DNA of 64,000 bases, from assembly GCA_965220805.1 (NCBI GenBank), contig OZ244844.1, forward strand, positions 2,189,516 to 2,253,515, in the 5' to 3' direction. Positions within the stretch are counted from its first letter, which is position 1, and every line of letters starts with the position of its first letter. Positions 60,707-64,000 of this stretch are shown here, piece by piece. The DNA comes from Alphaproteobacteria bacterium (GTDB lineage: Bacteria > Pseudomonadota > Alphaproteobacteria > SP197). The position numbers were made by a program, and so were the translations under genes. Below the pieces are notes generated by a model. The model had not been told where the DNA came from. It saw only the letters and a program-made list of their open reading frames with translations, and did no database searches.

Positions 60707-61558
60707 ATGGAGAACCTGACACCGCTTCACACCGAATTCGGCGTGAAGCTCGAGTGCCCCTCGATGGAGGCGCTTGACATTGCCGCACTGCGGCGGCTGA
60801 TCGACCGATACTCGTTCATTCATGTGCCAGGCGTGGCGTGCGGGGATGGGCCTCATCTCGAGTTGACCCGCAGTCTGGGTGAACCCGAGGAGGAACATGT
60901 CCGCCTGGGGCGGGAAGGACAGGTCGCGTGGTTCGGCACGGTCGGCAATGTGCGTGAGGACGGCGCCGTGCGTCGCAACAGCCACCGCGAGACCCTCTAC
61001 CAGACCGGCAACAACATGTGGCACTCGGATTCGTCTTTCCGCGCCGTGCCTTCCTTCGTGTCCATCACCTGTGCCTACGAAACCCCCGACGAAGGCGGCG
61101 AAACCCTGTTCGCCAGCCAGCGCAGCGCCTTTGAGCGCCTCGATGCGGCAGAGCAGGAACGGCTCGAACCGCTTGTGGCCATCCACGATTACGTGTTTTC
61201 GCGGTCCAAGGTCCATCCCCATGCCGTGACGACGTCCCACGCTGTCTCCCTGCCGCCCGTGCGCCAGCGCCTGGTGCGCCGAAATCCGGCGACCGACGCC
61301 AGGAATCTCTTCATTGGTTCCCATGCCCGCGAGGTGGAGGGGTGGACATTCGAGAAGAGCAGGGAACTGCTGGACGGTCTGCTCGAAGAGACCACGGCAG
61401 AGGAGCATGTCCTGGCCCACCGCTGGCAACCTGGTGACCTCGTGATCTGGGACAACCGCTGCCTGCTCCACCGGGGAGCGGGATACGACGCCGACCGCTT
61501 CCGGCGCTACATGCGCCAGACACGCGTGAAGGGGACCGGGTCCACCCTCGAGGAATGA
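60707..61558 (+). CDS. TauD/TfdA-family Fe(II)/2-oxoglutarate-dependent dioxygenase
   Basis: HxD...H triad (WHSDSSF ... HR), a C-terminal R for 2OG, and GGAGG 6 nt upstream of the ATG at 60707. Confidence 0.75.
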   Translation: MENLTPLHTEFGVKLECPSMEALDIAALRRLIDRYSFIHVPGVACGDGPHLELTRSLGEPEEEHVRLGREGQVAWFGTVGNVREDGAVRRNSHRETLYQTGNNMWHSDSSFRAVPSFVSITCAYETPDEGGETLFASQRSAFERLDAAEQERLEPLVAIHDYVFSRSKVHPHAVTTSHAVSLPPVRQRLVRRNPATDARNLFIGSHAREVEGWTFEKSRELLDGLLEETTAEEHVLAHRWQPGDLVIWDNRCLLHRGAGYDADRFRRYMRQTRVKGTGSTLEE

Positions 61559-61573
61559 CCGCGCCTCCTGTTG

Positions 61574-62740
61574 TCAGGAGGCTTCGCTGCGTCGTCTGAA
61601 CGCCGCATCAAGGTCGGCGACGAGGTCCTCGGCATCCTCCAGGCCAGCGTGAATCCGCAGGAGTTGACCTTCCTCTTCCCAGGGAACGGCGGTGCGGAAC
61701 GCCGAGGGGTCGACCGGGACCAGGAGGCTCTCGTAGCCACCCCAGGACCATCCCATGCCAAAGAGCGTCAGGCCATTCACCATGGCCGCGAGGGCGTCGT
61801 GGCTGGTGGGTTTGATGAGAACGCCGAAGAGGCCGCTGGCGCCGGTAAAGTCACGTTGCCACAGTGCGTGACCGGGATCCGAGTCCAGACCGGGGTGAAG
61901 CACGCGGATCACATCGCCGTGATGACTGAGCCAGCGCGCCAGGTGAAGGCCGGTGTCGTGATGGCGCTGCAGCCGCACGGCCATGGTACGGATTCCGCGC
62001 TGGGCAAGGTAGGCGTCATCGGGACCGATGCAGTTGCCGAGCGTCAGGAAGGTGTTCCAGACGCGTTCGCACCAGGCGCCCCGGGCGGCGACGAGACCGC
62101 ACATGGCGTCGGAATGTCCGACGATGTACTTGGTGCCTGCCTGCACGACGATGTCGACGCCCAGTTCGAAGGGCTTGAGGAAATAGCCTCCCGACCACGT
62201 GTTGTCGTTGATGACCACCGCACCCCTGTCGTGGGCAACGCCGGCAATGGCCGGAAGGTCCTGGACCTCGAAGGTGAGTGACCCCGGACTTTCCGTGTAG
62301 ATGGCTCTGGTGTTGGGACGCATCAGCCCTGCAATGTCCTCGCCGGCCGCCGGATCGTAGAAACTCGTCTCGACTCCGAACGAGTGGAGGATGCCGCAGG
62401 CGAAGCTCCGGGTTGGAAGATAGGCGGAATCGACGACGAGCAGGTGGTCTCCTGCCTCCAGGCAGGCCAGCAGCGCCGTCACGATCGCCGCCTTGCCGGA
62501 CCCGGTGGCCACCGCCATGTCGGCGCCCTCGAGGGCGGCGTAGGCATCCTGGAGGGAATGGGTGGTTGGCGTGCCGTTGCGTCCGTAGACCACCTGGCGG
62601 GGATCCTTGCCGCGGGCTTGCTGCAGCGCCTCCAGGGTTTCAAAGAGAACGGTGGAGGCGTGGTAGACCGGCGGATTGACGATGCCGAGATTGCCGTGCG
62701 GATCGCGCCCGGCAGTCACAACCCGTGTGTCATCGTTCAT
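61574..62740 (-). CDS. metC: cystathionine beta-lyase / PLP-dependent Cys-Met metabolism enzyme
   Basis: It starts at MNDDTRVVTAGR. The PLP-lysine context reads VVQAGTKYIVGHSD, and MetC-like N- and C-termini are present. The track ORF's 253-aa extension is antisense junk. Confidence 0.8.
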   Translation of the reverse strand: MNDDTRVVTAGRDPHGNLGIVNPPVYHASTVLFETLEALQQARGKDPRQVVYGRNGTPTTHSLQDAYAALEGADMAVATGSGKAAIVTALLACLEAGDHLLVVDSAYLPTRSFACGILHSFGVETSFYDPAAGEDIAGLMRPNTRAIYTESPGSLTFEVQDLPAIAGVAHDRGAVVINDNTWSGGYFLKPFELGVDIVVQAGTKYIVGHSDAMCGLVAARGAWCERVWNTFLTLGNCIGPDDAYLAQRGIRTMAVRLQRHHDTGLHLARWLSHHGDVIRVLHPGLDSDPGHALWQRDFTGASGLFGVLIKPTSHDALAAMVNGLTLFGMGWSWGGYESLLVPVDPSAFRTAVPWEEEGQLLRIHAGLEDAEDLVADLDAAFRRRSEAS

Positions 62741-63330
62741 GCCGGATTCTCCTTGCCCGGTTCCGGCAGGTCGAAGAAACCCGGGAACCGGCTGTCGGGA
62801 ATGAGCCAGGCCTCCTCGCGCCGGACGACCCTGAACCCGGCCTTCTGGTACATGGCGAGAGCCCGGGGATGATCCCGCGCGTTGGTGTCCACCAGTGCCC
62901 GCTTGATGCCCGGCCGCCACATGGCATCGATGACGTGATCGAGAAAATAGCTGCCGTAGCCCCGGCCCTGGTACTCCGGCAGGAACCCGAAGAGCGCCAG
63001 TTCGCTCATGCCGGGCTGGCGAAAGTCCACTTCCGCAAAGCCTGCCGGCACGCCACCCGCCTGGAAGACGATGATCTCGACTGCCGGGTGGTGGACGACC
63101 TCGATGAGCTGGTCTTGTGTCCACACCAGGCGGTCGGTCCAGTTCCAGTCCCGCCCGACACTGCGATAGAGCCACAGGTAGAAGGACCGAGGCGGACGTT
63201 CCGCCCGCAGCATCGCCAGCTTTCCGGCCGGTGCCGGGCGCCGCGGTCTCGTCGGCCTTTCCGCCATCTCGAGGTAGGTGATCGTCGTGGCGAGCGTGCG
63301 CAGCGCGTCCGCCTTGAACGCCGTGGTCAC
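62737..63330 (-). CDS. GNAT-family N-acetyltransferase
   Basis: Motif A-like QGRGYGSYFLDHVIDAM. It overlaps the metC start by 4 nt, and the start is approximate. Confidence 0.6.
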   Translation of the reverse strand: MTTAFKADALRTLATTITYLEMAERPTRPRRPAPAGKLAMLRAERPPRSFYLWLYRSVGRDWNWTDRLVWTQDQLIEVVHHPAVEIIVFQAGGVPAGFAEVDFRQPGMSELALFGFLPEYQGRGYGSYFLDHVIDAMWRPGIKRALVDTNARDHPRALAMYQKAGFRVVRREEAWLIPDSRFPGFFDLPEPGKENPA

Positions 63331-64000
63331 GGGGCCCCCGTCGCCACGGGCGTGTCGGCAGCGCCGCCCCACTCGGTCCAGGAACCGTCATAGACGGCGG
63401 CATCCGGAAATCCGGCAAGATCGAGGGCAAGCGCGAGGAAACACGCGGAAATGCCTGAACCGCACGTGGTGACCACGGGTCGGGCCGGATCGACACCGGC
63501 ATCCCGGAATGCGGCGGCGATGGCCTCGTTGTCGACGATCGTGCCGTCCTCGTGGAGGAGCGAGGTGTAGGGAAGATTGCGGCTCCCCGGAATATGTCCG
63601 CTCCTCAGCCCGGGACGAAACTCCGCTTCCTCTCCGGTGAAGCGGCCATGGCCACGGGCGTCGACCACCTGGGCGCGGCGGCTTGCAAGATTGGCCTTGA
63701 TCTGGTCGATATCGCGCACCAGAAACGTGTTGTGGCGTGACGTGAAGTGGCGTTCACGGGGAATCACCGGTTCGTCGTCGACCGGCCGGCCTTCGGCCAT
63801 CCACTTCGCGAGACCGCCGTCGAGCACCTGGATGTCATCGTGGCCGAAGACCCGGAACATCCACCACACCCGGGCCGCCGCCATCATGTTGCCGCCGTCG
63901 TAGACCACGATCCGGACTCCATCGCCCAGGCCCAGGGACCGCACGCGGCTGGAGAACTTCTCCGGCCGGGGCAGCATGTGGGGAAGGTCGGTTGACTCGT
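63327..64000 (-). CDS. 3-mercaptopyruvate / thiosulfate sulfurtransferase (tandem rhodanese; N-terminal part outside the window)
   Basis: The C-terminal rhodanese domain has the active-site Cys context VVTTCGSGISA. An SseA-like second domain begins near the window edge. Confidence 0.75.
   Translation of the reverse strand, partial: ESTDLPHMLPRPEKFSSRVRSLGLGDGVRIVVYDGGNMMAAARVWWMFRVFGHDDIQVLDGGLAKWMAEGRPVDDEPVIPRERHFTSRHNTFLVRDIDQIKANLASRRAQVVDARGHGRFTGEEAEFRPGLRSGHIPGSRNLPYTSLLHEDGTIVDNEAIAAAFRDAGVDPARPVVTTCGSGISACFLALALDLAGFPDAAVYDGSWTEWGGAADTPVATGAP

Overview
This is a high-GC (about 65%) chromosomal segment that looks alphaproteobacterial, and most of it is conserved housekeeping synteny. 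The housekeeping runs I can support are: guaB(partial)-guaA; yfgM-like/bamB/der; a long minus-strand run rpsF-rpsR-DUF2232-rplI-cfa-dnaB-alr-mlaE-mlaF-cvpA-purF; fabD-fabG-acpP-fabF-mltG; and yicC-gmk. Interleaved accessory loci are: several DMT/EamA transporters; a polysaccharide-deacetylase / unknown 147-aa protein / HAL-like cluster; a DMGDH-family FAD/GcvT fusion protein; an enolase-superfamily enzyme; an RND pump with its adaptor, plus GST and an LhgO-like oxidase; an acyl-CoA dehydrogenase and glucokinase; an ABC importer operon ending in a yeast-Fcy1-type cytosine/creatinine deaminase behind a long hairpin-rich leader; a Leu/Ile/Val-type binding protein; a PhoX-like TAT-secreted phosphatase; three tRNA genes (Glu-CUC, Pro-UGG, Arg-UCU) bracketing a Rieske oxygenase / 2-hydroxyacid dehydrogenase / YbdK-ligase operon; and an M24 peptidase, TauD dioxygenase, cystathionine beta-lyase, GNAT and rhodanese cluster. 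I found no CRISPR array, integrase, transposase or obvious phage or defence genes. Most of the long ORFs in the six-frame track that I did not call are antisense shadows of real genes or artificial N-terminal extensions, as expected in high-GC DNA. Start coordinates are estimated by eye from start codons, Shine-Dalgarno-like motifs and family-typical N-termini, and could be off by a few codons.
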